Shown one piece after another: positions 24,369 through 35,360 of a stretch of 64,000 nt of DNA; position 1 is the stretch's first letter, and each line of letters opens with the position of its first letter. Source of the stretch: an uncultured delta proteobacterium (GTDB taxonomy: Bacteria; Desulfobacterota; Binatia; JACPRU01); assembly GCA_963745025.1 (NCBI GenBank), contig CAVUWD010000016.1, forward strand, positions 800,001 through 864,000, given 5' to 3'. The position numbers and the translations under genes were made by a program. The notes beneath the pieces were generated by a model, which was not told the origin of the DNA, did no database searches, and worked only from the letters and a program-made list of their open reading frames with translations.

Positions 24369-25640
24369 TCAGGTCAAAGAAGCGCCGCTGCCGCGCTTCG
24401 GGTTCTGATTGCGGAGTGGATCGCTGGGATCTGGCACACCGAGGAAATCGAACATGAGCGGCAGCCCCTCGGCGAGCGTTTCGTCGAGCAACAGCATCCG
24501 TCCGGCGATCTTGTCGCGGGCCGCGCGCGATGTGTCGTGCTCGGTGATGCCGAAGTAGCTTCGGAAGAACTCAAGGATCGGGAGTAGCGATACGGCCTTC
24601 CCGTGGGCGACGCCGTGCGCCTCGTAGACTGGGATCTCCCGCGCGCGGCAGCGCTCGGCAAACTCGAAACAGAGGCGGCTTTTCCCTGTCCCCGCTTCGG
24701 CAACCACGCCGACGACCTGCGCGTTTCCCCCAATGGCCTTCTCGAGAGCGGCCTCCAGAGCCGCCATCTCGCTCTGGCGGCCGACGAACTTCGAGAAGCC
24801 GCGCGCCCGTGACACCTCGAGGCGGGTGCGCATCCGACCCACTCCCTCGAGCTCGAAGACACCGACCGGCTGCGACAGACCACGCACCTCGTGCCGCCCG
24901 AGATCGCGCAGAGCGAAGAACCCTTGGCATATCTGAGCGGTCGCCTCCGCGAGATAGAGCCTGCCCGGCTCGGCGATCTGCTCCATCCGCGCCGCCAGGT
25001 TGGCCGTATGCCCGAGCGCCGTGTAGTCCATGCGGAGGTCGTCGCCGATCTTACCGACTACGACCTCTCCCGAGTTGAGACCCATCCGTACCGCGAAGCT
25101 GATCCCCTTGCCGATGCGCAGCTCGTCTGCGTAGTGGCGTAGCGCGTCGCGCAGGTGTAGTGCCGCGTAGCAAGCCCGCTGGGCGTGGTCTTCGTGTGCG
25201 ATCGGGGCACCGAACAGCGCCATGATGCCGTCGCCGCGATACTCGTTGACCGTGCCCTCGAAACGGTGAACACCTTCGGCCAGAATCTGAAAGAAACGAT
25301 CCATGATGCCGTGCCACTCCTCCGGGTCGAGCTCAGAGGCCAACTCCGTCGATCCTTTGACGTCGGCGAACAGGATCGTCACCTGCTTGCGCTCGCCTTC
25401 GAGGGAGCTGCGGGTGGTGAGGATCTTCTCGGCGAGATGTTTCGGGGTGTAGGAGCGGTGGTCCGGTGGCGCTCCTGGCTTCGCGACCTCAGCGAGCGGT
25501 TTCCCGCACTCGCCGCAGAACTTGATGCCGAGCGCGTTCTCGAAGCCGCATCTCGAGCACTTGACCTTCAGCACTGCCCCGCACTCACCGCAGAACTTTA
25601 TGCCGCTCGCGTTTTCGAAACCGCAGGATGGGCAGCGCAT
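24369..25640 (-). pseudogene. double zinc-ribbon/class III adenylate-guanylate cyclase/AAA ATPase protein, 3'-truncated
   Basis: MRCPSCGFEN..FCGECG x2, GERKQVTILFADVKGS, GDGIMALFGAP, Walker A EAGTGKS; stops within the ATPase domain. Confidence 0.85.
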
Positions 25641-25897
25641 GATTCTTGGCCCGAGGGCCGAGGCCGAGAGCTGATGCTCTCGAATAGACCCTTGGTGCGC
25701 TGCGCTTCAAGGGTGGTTGATCAGTAGTAAGGTCACCAGTCGGCTGGCAAGCCAACGAGATTCACCCTTAAACCGTTTGGCGAAGCTCGCCGGCGCCATC
25801 TTTTACGCAACTCGTGTCGATTCGTGACCCAACGTTGTCGGAGGCTGCAATCAGCTTGCGACCGGACGCTGGAAGAAACCGTCGAGGATGCCATGAG

Positions 25898-25975
25898 GAT
25901 AGCTGGGATAAGCGGCCGAGTTGTAGAGCCTCAATATCCGACGCTGCCCAAACACGAGACGCCCCGTTTCTACGG
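25898..25975 (+). repeat. 80-bp island repeat, copy 1
   Basis: GATAGCTGGGATAAGCGGCCGA..AGCCTCAATATCCGACGCTGCCCAAACACGAGACGCCCCGTTTCTACGG. Confidence 0.95.
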
Positions 25976-26163
25976 CCCACGGAAAGGGGAGCCCGCCCCT
26001 TGTAGGATGTTGATTCCGAGCGGGGTGAGCTCGTCGTCGGCGATGGCGTCTGCACCCATGAGAAAGCTGAGGTACTCGTGCGGTCCAGGGATCACCGCTT
26101 ACCTCCGTTGCAGCGGACGGCGCAGATGAAACCCGCCGCGCTTCGTCTGCCCTGCTGCCGAGC

Positions 26164-27489
26164 TCACTCCACTGCAAAGAGACGCCATTCCCCCGGGATA
26201 CCCTTGAGCGTACGGGTGCCGTGCTCGCGAAAGTCGAGGCCGGACCCTGCGACGAGATCCTTGACCGTGCTCGACACCAGGATCTCGCCCGGTGCGGCCT
26301 CCGCCATCACGCGCGCGCCAGTATGGACGGCGATGCCGGCAATCTTGTCGTCGACGCGCTCGCACTCTCCCGTGTGGAGGCCAATGCGGGTCTCGATACC
26401 GAGACTTCGCACGGCGTCGCGGATGCTCTTGGCACAGCGGATGGCGCGCGCGGGACCGTCGAAGGTCGCGAGGAAGCCGTCGCCGGCGGTGTCGACCTCA
26501 CGCCCTCGGTGGTGCTCGAGCTCATGGCGAACGATCGCGTGGTGGCGACCGAGGAGATCGCGCCACGCGCGGTCGCCCAGCGCTATCGCTCGCTCGGTCG
26601 AGCCAACAATGTCGGTGAAGAGGACGGTGGCGAGCACCCGTTCCACGTCGACGGTCGAGCGCGAGCCAGTCAGGAATTGTTGGATCTCGGCGACCAGCGC
26701 AGCGGTGTCACCCATCCACGGAGGGTGCTCGTCGCCGGGCAGCTCGACGTAGCGCGCCATCGGGATATCGCGCGCGAGCGCGCGTCCTGCCTGAACGGGG
26801 ATCAGCTGGTCGCCGGCGCGATGGACCACGAGGGTCGGTACCTGGAGCGTGCGCGCGACCGGCCGGACGTCGATCTCCGCCAGCCATGCCAGGTGCGCCG
26901 CGCCGGCACGTGGACTCACGCACATGCGCTCGTAGCGGCCCATGAACCTGCGGGCGCGTGCGTCGTCCCTCGCCGCGGGGACCATCAGATCGATGGTCGT
27001 ACCCTGTCCCCACGCGGTCGCTAGCGCGTGGCGGATCTTATCGATCGCCTTCCAAGAGTCGACACCTTCGGGATAGTCGAACGCCGCGGACGCCCGCGCG
27101 AACGTCGCGTAAAGGACGAGCGCCCGAACGCGCTGGGGATAGGTCGCCGCGAAGAGCATGGAAAGGGCGCCGCCTTCGGAGAATCCCATGACCGCCGCCC
27201 GCTCCGATCCCGCCGCCGCCAGGACGGCTCTGAGGTCGTCCATGCGCTCCTCGAGCGTCGAGTCGCCGACGTCGCGATCCGAGAGCCCCGTGCCACGCTT
27301 GTCGAAGAGGATCACGCGGCTGAAGGCCGCGAGCCTCCGCACCCAGTCGCCGTAGAGCGGATCCTCCCACGCGAAGTCGACGTTCGAGATCCAGCCCGGG
27401 ACGACGACGAAGTCGAGCGGCCCGTCGCCGACGACTTGGTAGGCAATGCTGATGTCGCCGCTCTTGGCGTAGCGGGTCTCGGGGCGCAT
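26164..27489 (-). CDS. alpha/beta-hydrolase + class III cyclase fusion (LipJ-like)
   Basis: TRYAKSGDISIAYQVVGDGP, GFSEGG, ERVLATVLFTDIVGST, GDGFLATFDGP, IGLHTGECE. Confidence 0.9.
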   Translation of the reverse strand: MRPETRYAKSGDISIAYQVVGDGPLDFVVVPGWISNVDFAWEDPLYGDWVRRLAAFSRVILFDKRGTGLSDRDVGDSTLEERMDDLRAVLAAAGSERAAVMGFSEGGALSMLFAATYPQRVRALVLYATFARASAAFDYPEGVDSWKAIDKIRHALATAWGQGTTIDLMVPAARDDARARRFMGRYERMCVSPRAGAAHLAWLAEIDVRPVARTLQVPTLVVHRAGDQLIPVQAGRALARDIPMARYVELPGDEHPPWMGDTAALVAEIQQFLTGSRSTVDVERVLATVLFTDIVGSTERAIALGDRAWRDLLGRHHAIVRHELEHHRGREVDTAGDGFLATFDGPARAIRCAKSIRDAVRSLGIETRIGLHTGECERVDDKIAGIAVHTGARVMAEAAPGEILVSSTVKDLVAGSGLDFREHGTRTLKGIPGEWRLFAVE

Positions 27490-27808
27490 CGATATAGCTT
27501 AGCGCAGTCGCCGGCGGAGAACACCCCGAAGTACCGCCCGCATGACGGCCGAACGAGTGGCCGCTCAGCTGCGGCTGCGCCGAATGCTACCACGATCGAG
27601 AATCATCGCTCCCTCGTTTCTCGAGGGCGGATCGGTTCGCGGGTCGGGTGCCCCGGAAGGTGGATTCTGAACCGCGTGATTGCCGTCCGCAAAGTAGGCG
27701 ACCAGAGTATAGGTCTCTGCCCAACCGGGGCCGCACTCGATTGCTCGGATTGCCAACGCCAGATGGCGCAACGCCGTTAAAACGTTAAAGCCCTCAAGAA
27801 CTCAAGAG

Positions 27809-27888
27809 GATAGCTGGGATAAGCGGCCGACTGACGTAAAGCCTCAATATCCGACGCTGCCCAAACACGAGACGCCCCGTTTCTACGG
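27809..27888 (+). repeat. 80-bp island repeat, copy 2
   Basis: Identical to copy 5 over 80 bp. Confidence 0.97.
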
Positions 27889-28343
27889 CGTTTCGCGACT
27901 TCGGAAAGAGCTTGCCGCAGCGGTAGTCCTAGCCCGAGGAGCATCCGTGGAGCCGCGTCGGCGGGACGGCACGCTACAGTCGTGCAGGTGATCGGAACGA
28001 CCACCGTGGATCTGGTCCTACCCGGCATGGACCATCTCCCGAGCCTCTCGCAGACTCCCTTCGAGAGGAACCGGTCGCGCATCCGCTGACACGCCTCTCG
28101 ACCGTCAACCTGTAGACAGCGGTTCCCAAATCCGCCGCTCGTACTGGGGGCGCTGTGGGAAAAACCCGAGTGTCAGCCCACGGCCGATCGAAACCAGCGT
28201 GCCCTGCTTCCCGATAGGGCCTCCTCCCGGGGGGCCTGTTCCGGTGGCCGCTCGCTTCTCACGGGCGCTGCCGTAGCGCTTGGGCGCGCCAGCCGTTTGA
28301 TCGCCCGCGGCGGCCAAGGCACGATGGTTCTTGAGGTCACGGG

Positions 28344-29600
28344 ATGCTCGACGTTGCGATTACCGGGGTTGGCGTTCTCTCCGCGATCGGCCTTTCGGCG
28401 GAGGAGTTCCATCGCCAGCTGATGGCCGATGCTTCTGGGATTCGCCGAGCACCGTGGGCGGCGGACGTCGAGGGTGCTGCTGCTTGGCTGGCCACAGCCG
28501 CCGGGTTCGTGCCGCGCGACTGGATGGACGAGCGCGTCGAGGCGGGCACCGATCTCTTCACCCAGTTCGCCCTGGCCGCAACGGAGCAGGCGGTCCGGCA
28601 GGCGTGCCTCGGCGAGATCGATCCGCTTCGCACCGGAGTGGTCCACGGCACCAGCATCGGCGGCGCGCGGGCGTTGATGAAGGCGCAGTACCTCTTGGAC
28701 AGCCAGGGGCCGCGAGCGGTCCCGCGCAAGACCGAGATCCAGATGTACCCGAACATGGCGGCGGCACAGATCGCCATGCGCTACGGCCTTCACGGTCCGA
28801 GCCTGACCGTGACCACGGCGTGCGCGGCGTCGCTCGATGCGCTCGGTAACGCCGCCCGGCTGCTCGACGCGGGCCATGCGGACGTGTTGATCGCCGGCGG
28901 CACCGACGGCGGCACCAGCCTCGCGGGCGGCCGAGCCGATGGCGATTTCGTTCCCGCCACCTTCCACACGAGCAGGCTCTACGGCATGACGGCGCGCTCG
29001 GAAGATCCGCGGCGGGCCATGCTGCCGTTCGACGTCAAGCGGCATGGGATCGTGCTCGGGGAGGGCTCGGCGATGTTCATTCTCGAGCGGGGCGAGCACG
29101 CGCGCAGGCGCGGCGCTCGCGTGCTCGGATACCTGCGGGGATACGGCGCGCTCGCCGACGCCTACCATCCCTCCGCGCCGGACCCGAGCGGCAAATGGGA
29201 GGCTCGGGCGATGCAGCTCGCGCTCGCCGACGCCGGGATCGTGGCGGGAGAGGTCGACGCGCTGATCGCCCACGCAACCGGCACGCCGAAAGGTGATACC
29301 GCCGAGATTCGCGCGATCAACCACGTACACGGCGGCCGCTCGAAGCCGCTGCCGGTGGCCTCGATCAAAGGCCATATCGGTCACAGCGGAGCCGCTTCGG
29401 GGGCGATGGCCGTTGTGACCGGCCTGCTCGGCATGGCGGAGGGCCGCTTCACGCACACGTCCAACACCGACGAGCCCGATCCCGAAGCGCGGTTCGACGT
29501 GGTGATCGGACGGCCGAGGATGATCGAATACGCAACTCTTCAGGTGAACGCCTTCGGCTTCGGCGGCCAGAACGCCTCGATGATCGTGACTCGCGACTGA
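28344..29600 (+). CDS. FabF-like beta-ketoacyl synthase
   Basis: TACAAS (Cys), AHATGT and KGHIGHSG (His-His), NAFGFGGQNA. Confidence 0.9.
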   Translation: MLDVAITGVGVLSAIGLSAEEFHRQLMADASGIRRAPWAADVEGAAAWLATAAGFVPRDWMDERVEAGTDLFTQFALAATEQAVRQACLGEIDPLRTGVVHGTSIGGARALMKAQYLLDSQGPRAVPRKTEIQMYPNMAAAQIAMRYGLHGPSLTVTTACAASLDALGNAARLLDAGHADVLIAGGTDGGTSLAGGRADGDFVPATFHTSRLYGMTARSEDPRRAMLPFDVKRHGIVLGEGSAMFILERGEHARRRGARVLGYLRGYGALADAYHPSAPDPSGKWEARAMQLALADAGIVAGEVDALIAHATGTPKGDTAEIRAINHVHGGRSKPLPVASIKGHIGHSGAASGAMAVVTGLLGMAEGRFTHTSNTDEPDPEARFDVVIGRPRMIEYATLQVNAFGFGGQNASMIVTRD

Positions 29601-29684
29601 CGCGTGTGCGAGCCGCACCAGGCCCTCGGCTGGCGGCGTCGTCTCCGTCATGGGCGCGGGTTCTTGCGGCGGCGCGACGGCCGG

Positions 29685-29960
29685 TCAACCATGACGATAC
29701 CCATAGAGCCACCGAGCCGTCCCCTCTCCGGTGTTCCGCACCGAATGCCGGGCATGCGCCGGGATGAGGACCTCTTCGCCGACCGCCGAAACGATGGTCC
29801 GCCCGTCGATCTGCATCTCGAGCTCGCCCGAGACGAGCATCACGAGCTCGTCGGTCGCGTGCACGAAGTCCTCCCAGCGCTGCCCCGGCCGATCCGCCCA
29901 GAGGCCGCACGAGAAGCCGCGCGCCTCCCAGTCCCGTGCGACGGACGCACGGCGCCTCGG
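29685..29960 (-). pseudogene. cupin-domain protein, start codon not found
   Basis: Manual translation WEARGFSCGLW..WEDFVHATDELVMLVSGELE..IPAHARHSVRN..WLYGY. Confidence 0.65.
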
Positions 29961-29991
29961 CGCGGCAAGGAGAGTCGTAACGCCCTCTGGC

Positions 29992-30432
29992 TCACGGCTT
30001 CGGCTCAGGAGCGGTAAGATCCACGATCAGCAGCCAGGGCGAGCTCCCCGTATACGCGGCGAACGTGCCGGCGATCTTCGTTCCGGACGGCGCACCCCCG
30101 AGGCGGTCGACGTCCTCCGGCGCTCCCCGGATGGCGAACGACTGCGCCATGACCCGGGAGAGGTAACGATCGAACCCGGTTTCGCCGGGCGTCCCGTAAC
30201 GCGTGATCAGTAAAGTGTGCCGCCGACCCTGCGCGGTGATGTCGATCCGATCCAGGATCTCGGCGTCTTCGGGGGCGCGATCGAGGTAGCCTTCGATGAC
30301 GTAGAGGGACGGGCGCCGGAAGTCGGGGAGCGACGCCGAAAAGGCGAAGGAAATCGTGTGGCCTGCGCCGAGGAGACAGGCCGCGAGGAGCATGCCGGGG
30401 ACGCGCGGAATAGTCCGTTTCGTCGTGAACAT
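29992..30432 (-). CDS. hypothetical exported protein
   Basis: ORF with signal-like N-terminus MLLAACLLGAG; no family recognised. Confidence 0.5.
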   Translation of the reverse strand: MFTTKRTIPRVPGMLLAACLLGAGHTISFAFSASLPDFRRPSLYVIEGYLDRAPEDAEILDRIDITAQGRRHTLLITRYGTPGETGFDRYLSRVMAQSFAIRGAPEDVDRLGGAPSGTKIAGTFAAYTGSSPWLLIVDLTAPEPKP

Positions 30433-30469
30433 GGACAGATGGCCTCCGCTGAGTTGAATACCGAACACG

Positions 30470-30525
30470 CGGCGGCAGAATTTCCGGCCCTCCCGATTCT
30501 CGCTACCGCAGGATGAGCATCGCAT
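30470..30525 (-). pseudogene. zinc-ribbon cyclase N-terminal stub
   Basis: MRCSSCGSENREGRKFC matches the starts of the 25640 and 39153 ORFs. Confidence 0.65.
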
Positions 30526-30779
30526 TGAAGGACAGCTTGCCTCAGCAGGCGATAGTCCCTGCGGGTAGTTTCGCGCAAGCGCGCGGCGGTTCCGACGAAG
30601 GCCCCTCACGGAGAGGAGCGGCAGGCCTCATCAGAACCTACCTGCTTTTCACTCATGAAGGACAGGAAGCGCGAGTCGCGTCTTACCTATAGACGACGCA
30701 GTCAGGCGGACACAGCGGCTCGGCACAAACGGTAAAGCGCGATCGGTCGAACCGACCCGCAGCTTGCACGGAATTCTTG

Positions 30780-31181
30780 GGCAAAGAGGACGTGCAGCGG
30801 GCGCCAGCGGCGCAGCTTCAGGCCGGTGGCGATGGCCTCGCGGATGATCGCCGCTACGGTTTTCCAGTCGAGCTCGAAATGCGCGGCCACCTCCGCCGAC
30901 GAGAGCTTGCGGGCGAGCAGCGCCACGGCGCGGGCCAGAGAGGTCGTCACGCGGGCCCAGCGCGGCGCCCACGGCAGCGCCGAGCGCGCACACGGTAGGG
31001 CCGGTAGACGAGGATGAGCGGCCAGTCCCGCAGCGGCTCGCCTGGCCACAGCCGCTGCACCGCAGCCGCCGCCGGCCGAGGCGCGCGATCTTGACCACGA
31101 TCACCTCGCTCTCCTCGCGCACCGCCACCATCGATGGGCCTTGAGGCCCAACCCCTTCCTGATACACGTCTCCACCAGCAC
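30780..31181 (-). mobile_element. ISL3-family transposase fragment
   Basis: RLRCSGCG zinc finger, LPWAPRWARVT..LA, VAAHFELDWKTV. Confidence 0.7.
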
Positions 31182-31331
31182 CGCACCGCCCCTCCTCTCG
31201 TTTTCGACAACGAGAGAATACCAAGGGCGGGTTGGTGGCCTTAGCTGAAGGTCGCGTTGACACGTTCGCCCATTTGAATGTGGTTCGGTCCACGGCGCAT
31301 ACTTCCGTCCCTCGAGAGGGGGTGCACCACG

Positions 31332-33071
31332 ATGAAGATCAAAGCACTGGGGCATGTGGTGTTGCGGGTGACCGACCGCGAGCGCGCCGAGCGCTTTTAT
31401 GGCGGCCTGCTCGGACTGCCGCTCTGTGGACCTACCCCGGTTTCGTAGACGGTTACGGGCTTGGGTTGAGCCCCCGCTCTTGATCCTCTTCTTCACGTCG
31501 ATGAAATCGATCTTGGTTTTCTAAGGGGAGCCTGAGGGGGATTTTTCCCCGGAGTGCAGACGATGCGGGTTGTACCAGCCTTCGATGAACTGGAACACCG
31601 CGATGCGCGCCTCGACCTGCGAGCGGAAGCGGTTGCGATCGAGAAGCTCGCACTCGAGCGTGGCGAAGAAGCTCTCGCACATCGCGTTGTCGTACGCGTC
31701 GCCGACCGATCCCATCGAGGGCCGCACGCCGGCTTCCCCGCAGCGTTTACCGAAGGCGACCGAGGTGTACTGGCAGCCCTGATCGGAGTGATGGATCACC
31801 TCGTTCGGCCGCCGCTGGAACAGCGCCATGTCGAGGGCCTGGAGAACGAGCTCGGTCCGCAGATGGGTCTCCATCGCCCAGCCGATGACTCTGCGGCTCC
31901 ACGCATCGAGAACGACGGCGAGATAGAGGAAGCCCGTCCACGTCGGGATGTAGGTGATGTCAGCGATCCAGAGACGATTCGGAACCGCGGCGACGAAGTT
32001 GCGGGAAACCAGGTCCGGCGCGGGTCGCGCGTCACGGTCGCGCACCGTCGTGAACGTCCCCTTTCGCCGCGTCACGCCTTGCAAGCCACCACGTCGCATG
32101 AGACGAGCGACTCGCTTGCGGCCCACAAGCGTCCCTCGATCGCCGAGTTCGGCGTGCATCCGCGGAGCGCCGTAGGTCCCTTGGGACCAATGATGGATCT
32201 CGCGGATCTGCGCCTCGATTGCACGGTCGGTCTTCTCGCGCTCCGACATCGGACGCTGCGCCCGTGCCCAGTACCCACTGGCGGAGACGCCCAGCGTGCG
32301 GCACATCGTGGCGGTTCGGTGCATGGCCTGGTGCCTCTTCACGAACTCGAACGCCGCGACGACGTCGAGCCGGTCTCCTGCGCAAACCAGGCCGCGGCTT
32401 TTTTCAGGATCTCCTTCTCTTCGCGCAGCACCCGATTCTCACGTCGAAGCCGGTTCAGCTCCTCTCGCTCATCGGTCGTCAGCCCATCGCTGCGCCGGCC
32501 CTCGTCGCGATCGAATTGTCGTACCCAGTTTCCAATCGCCTGCGCCGAAGGCTCAAACTGTCGAGACAGCTCCTCGGGTGTCTTGCCTGCGCGCACCATT
32601 TCGACCATCCGCCGGCGGTACTCCAACGGGTACGGTCGATGACTCTTGGGCATCGTGAACTCCTTTCTCCGCCGGGGTACTCCCCCAAGCGGTCAGGTGT
32701 CCACGAAACCGGGGTAACTCCACTGCGCACGCCTCGACGAGGGCGGCCTCAAGATGGCGTTCTTCACGCTCGGCAACCACCACGACTTTGCCGTGATGGA
32801 AGTGACCGGTGGGGGCAGCAGCCGCAGCCAGTCTGCGGTCGGCTTGGATCACGTCGCGTTCAAGATCGGCACCACGATGGATGAACTGCGTGAAGCCAAG
32901 GCCAAACTGGACGCCGCGGGCATCACGACGACAGCGGAAGATCATGAGGTCACCAAGTCGCTGTACTTCGCGGACCCCGATGGCAACGGCATCGAGGTCT
33001 ACGTCGATGCATCCGATGCGTGGCGCCGGGAGCCGCAGCGCGTGGCGCAAGCGAGGCCGCTCGAGATATAG
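31332..33071 (+). pseudogene. VOC/glyoxalase-family gene interrupted by IS3
   Basis: MKIKALGHVVLRVTDRERAERFYGGLLGLPLC joins ARLDEGGLKMAFFTLGNHHD..GLDHVAF..LYFADPDGNGIE once the IS is removed. Confidence 0.85.
31427..32722 (-). mobile_element. IS3-family insertion sequence (1296 bp; orfA 32339-32653, orfB 31521-32342)
   Basis: Terminal IRs TGGACCTACCCCGGTTTCGTAGAC / TGGAGTTACCCCGGTTTCGTGGAC, 3-bp TSD CTG, A6G slippery site, DDE motifs WIADITY, HHSDQGCQY, DNAMCESFF. Confidence 0.95.
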
Positions 33072-33214
33072 AACTCAAGAGAAGAGTTTCGGCCACTGGG
33101 CGCGGACCAGCGAGGACATCATGTGACTCCCGTCCCGCTCTACACGGTCGCCTTGCCCTGCTCTCTGCGAACGGGGCCGCTCGGTGCCGCGGAAACAAAG
33201 TTCTCCTCTGCGAA

Positions 33215-33517
33215 CTACGTCGCGAGAACAGCTTTTAGCAACCCGCCAAGAATCAGCAGGACACCGACGACCATGAGTAGGTGTCCGTAGCGCACCAGCC
33301 GCACCTCTTGGTCGTCGAGTCGAGCATCGACCCGATCTGCGTCAGCGGTCAGCCCGTTCGCACGTAGCTGTTCTGCGTGCACCCGGGACGCCGTCATCAT
33401 CCTGCGCCATGAGAACATCGATGGGAGCCAGTCGTACCCGCGGAACACGATGCCGATCACCAGAAACGCGAGCCCCGCGGGGACCAGCGTCGACGTCGCC
33501 TGGTAGAAGGTGTGCAT
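33215..33517 (-). CDS. small hypothetical membrane protein
   Basis: 100-aa ORF with two hydrophobic segments. Confidence 0.45.
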   Translation of the reverse strand: MHTFYQATSTLVPAGLAFLVIGIVFRGYDWLPSMFSWRRMMTASRVHAEQLRANGLTADADRVDARLDDQEVRLVRYGHLLMVVGVLLILGGLLKAVLAT

Positions 33518-33619
33518 TAACCCGTACTGCGAGACTCGCCTTCAGCACCGCCATCCGGTCGTTTGCTGCGGCGTCGGGGATAGATTCTTTCTATGTATCT
33601 TCTTTGCGTTTTGCGAGGA

Positions 33620-33793
33620 TTCTGTGGGGCAATTTTGAGCCTCACGGAATCCCGCTGCCTCCGCCGCGGCTGGAGAGTCGAAGTAGACGCGGTTCTTCAG
33701 CGAGACCTTGCCGTAGTCCGGGCAATCGGGGCCGAAGGCTTCGATACGCGCGACCTGAAGGACGCACAGGCGCTGCTGGAGGAGCTGCGGTAG
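33620..33793. pseudogene. abutting stubs: Ada-like metal-binding tail (-) and cyclase/TPR C-terminus (+)
   Basis: PDCPDY..NRVYFDSPAAAEAAGFREAQNCP (-); EGFDTRDLKDAQALLEELR* (+). Confidence 0.6.
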
Positions 33794-33837
33794 AGGATGG
33801 TCGATCGGAGGTACGTGATCGAGGTCGAGTGGCGTGA

Positions 33838-33960
33838 TCACGCCGCTTTCGCTTTCATCCTGTTGACCTTGCCCTCCTGCTGGACGCCGTCCATGAAGGC
33901 GATGCCGGCGCGGACGAGCGGCAGCAGGTGCGCGCCGTCGAGGGTCGCCATCGCGCCTGC
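33838..33960 (-). mobile_element. IS256-family transposase C-terminal stub
   Basis: LDGAHLLPLVRAGIAFMDGVQQ..KAA*. Confidence 0.55.
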
Positions 33961-34178
33961 GCCATGTCCAGGAGCTTGTAGGCCATCAAGAGCCCCTTCG
34001 TGCGGGAGCCGGCGCCCTTCGTATTGGGGATTGAGGCGCCGAATCGTTCCTATCCCCCAGCCTTACGGGCGCGGCTACGCAGCGAACCAAGCTGACCCAC
34101 TACCGCTAAGCTTCATTTGGTCTCGTGTCGCGACCCGAGTAGTGTCGGTCTTGATTGAGCGATCGGGTCAAACTGCGC

Positions 34179-34832
34179 ATGATTTTCGATTGGCTCCGAC
34201 AGTGGTTGAGCGCGGTAAAGCCGACGACCAAGGTGTGGGTCGATGATGCTGCCAAGTGGCGCGGTGTGTGCGACGAGATTGCCGCTGCTCACACACAAGG
34301 GGCAACAGTGGTTGTCATCGCCCATTTCAACAGCATCTTAACTGCGCTCGAGGCCGCTCTGCGAGATCGTTCGATCGCTTTTGCGCCTTCCTCTTCGCTC
34401 GAGTTGTCGTCGTTAAACCAGTCGCTCGCAGGCCCTGCGATTTTGGTCGTCCAGTCGCAGAACATCCGGCCGCGCTTGGGCAACGCGTCTCGATCCCACG
34501 TCGCGCGCATCGTTTTCGTCGTGGTCGAGCGCTATCCGACCCCTGAGCGCGACGAGACTCTGCTCAAGACCGTCGCTTCGCTGGGGAGCGGCTGCGAGGT
34601 GGTCTATCACCTCGCGTTGAGCGATCCGCTCCTGAAGGAGTTCAATACCGAAAAGATCCAGACGCTCCTCCAGTTTTTGGGCGTCAGCCAAGATGAGTCC
34701 CTGCAGAGCTCGATCGTCACCAACGCCATTCGCAATGCGCAAAAGCAGATCGCGCAGAAGGTCCCTCGCGAAGTATCGGCGAGCTCTCCCGAGGAGTGGT
34801 TCAAAACGAACCTGCCACGCGGATACCAGTAG
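34179..34832 (+). CDS. hypothetical protein resembling the SecA C-terminal region
   Basis: ERYP..RDE, YHLALSDPLLKEF, LGVSQDESLQSSIVTNAIRNAQKQI resemble SecA S(L)ED.L..F and .AIE.AQKKVE. Confidence 0.55.
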   Translation: MIFDWLRQWLSAVKPTTKVWVDDAAKWRGVCDEIAAAHTQGATVVVIAHFNSILTALEAALRDRSIAFAPSSSLELSSLNQSLAGPAILVVQSQNIRPRLGNASRSHVARIVFVVVERYPTPERDETLLKTVASLGSGCEVVYHLALSDPLLKEFNTEKIQTLLQFLGVSQDESLQSSIVTNAIRNAQKQIAQKVPREVSASSPEEWFKTNLPRGYQ

Positions 34833-35020
34833 GGCATCGTCGAAGTCAAAATGATCGTCTAGGTAGGGCGATGCGTATCGACCCAAGTGCACCAACCAAC
34901 ACTTTTCTGCAGCTCGTCGCGGGCGTGCCGGCATCGGGTCGATCGTCCGGAGGACACCGCTCGCTTCCGGGCGGCGATCCTCACGGCCGCCCCCGAGAGC
35001 GCCTGAGCGGAGCGTCAACG

Positions 35021-35305
35021 TCAGGCGTGGATCGGCGGCCGACGGCCCCGCCATGCGCCGTCGACCTCGAGCTGCGCCGCGACGCGCGAGAGCAGGTCCT
35101 CGCGACCGAACGCGGCGACGAGCTGGACGCCGATCGGCAGCCCGTCGTCGCTCCAATGGAGCGGCAACGAGATCGCCGGCTGCCCGGTGACGTTGAACGG
35201 AATGGTGAAGCGCAGCAGCTCGCCGGCCCGCTGCCAGGCGACGAGCGGCTGGCCCGGAACGGGACGATGCTCGCCGAGGCGCGGCGGCGGCCCGGTGAGC
35301 GGGTG
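35021..35305 (-). pseudogene. amidase C-terminal fragment
   Basis: FTIPFNVTGQPAISLP..GLPIGVQLVAAFGREDLL. Confidence 0.8.
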
Positions 35306-35360
35306 AGGAGAACGCCGGCGGGGATGCCAGAGCCCGAGCGGCGACCAGAAGAGCGATTGC

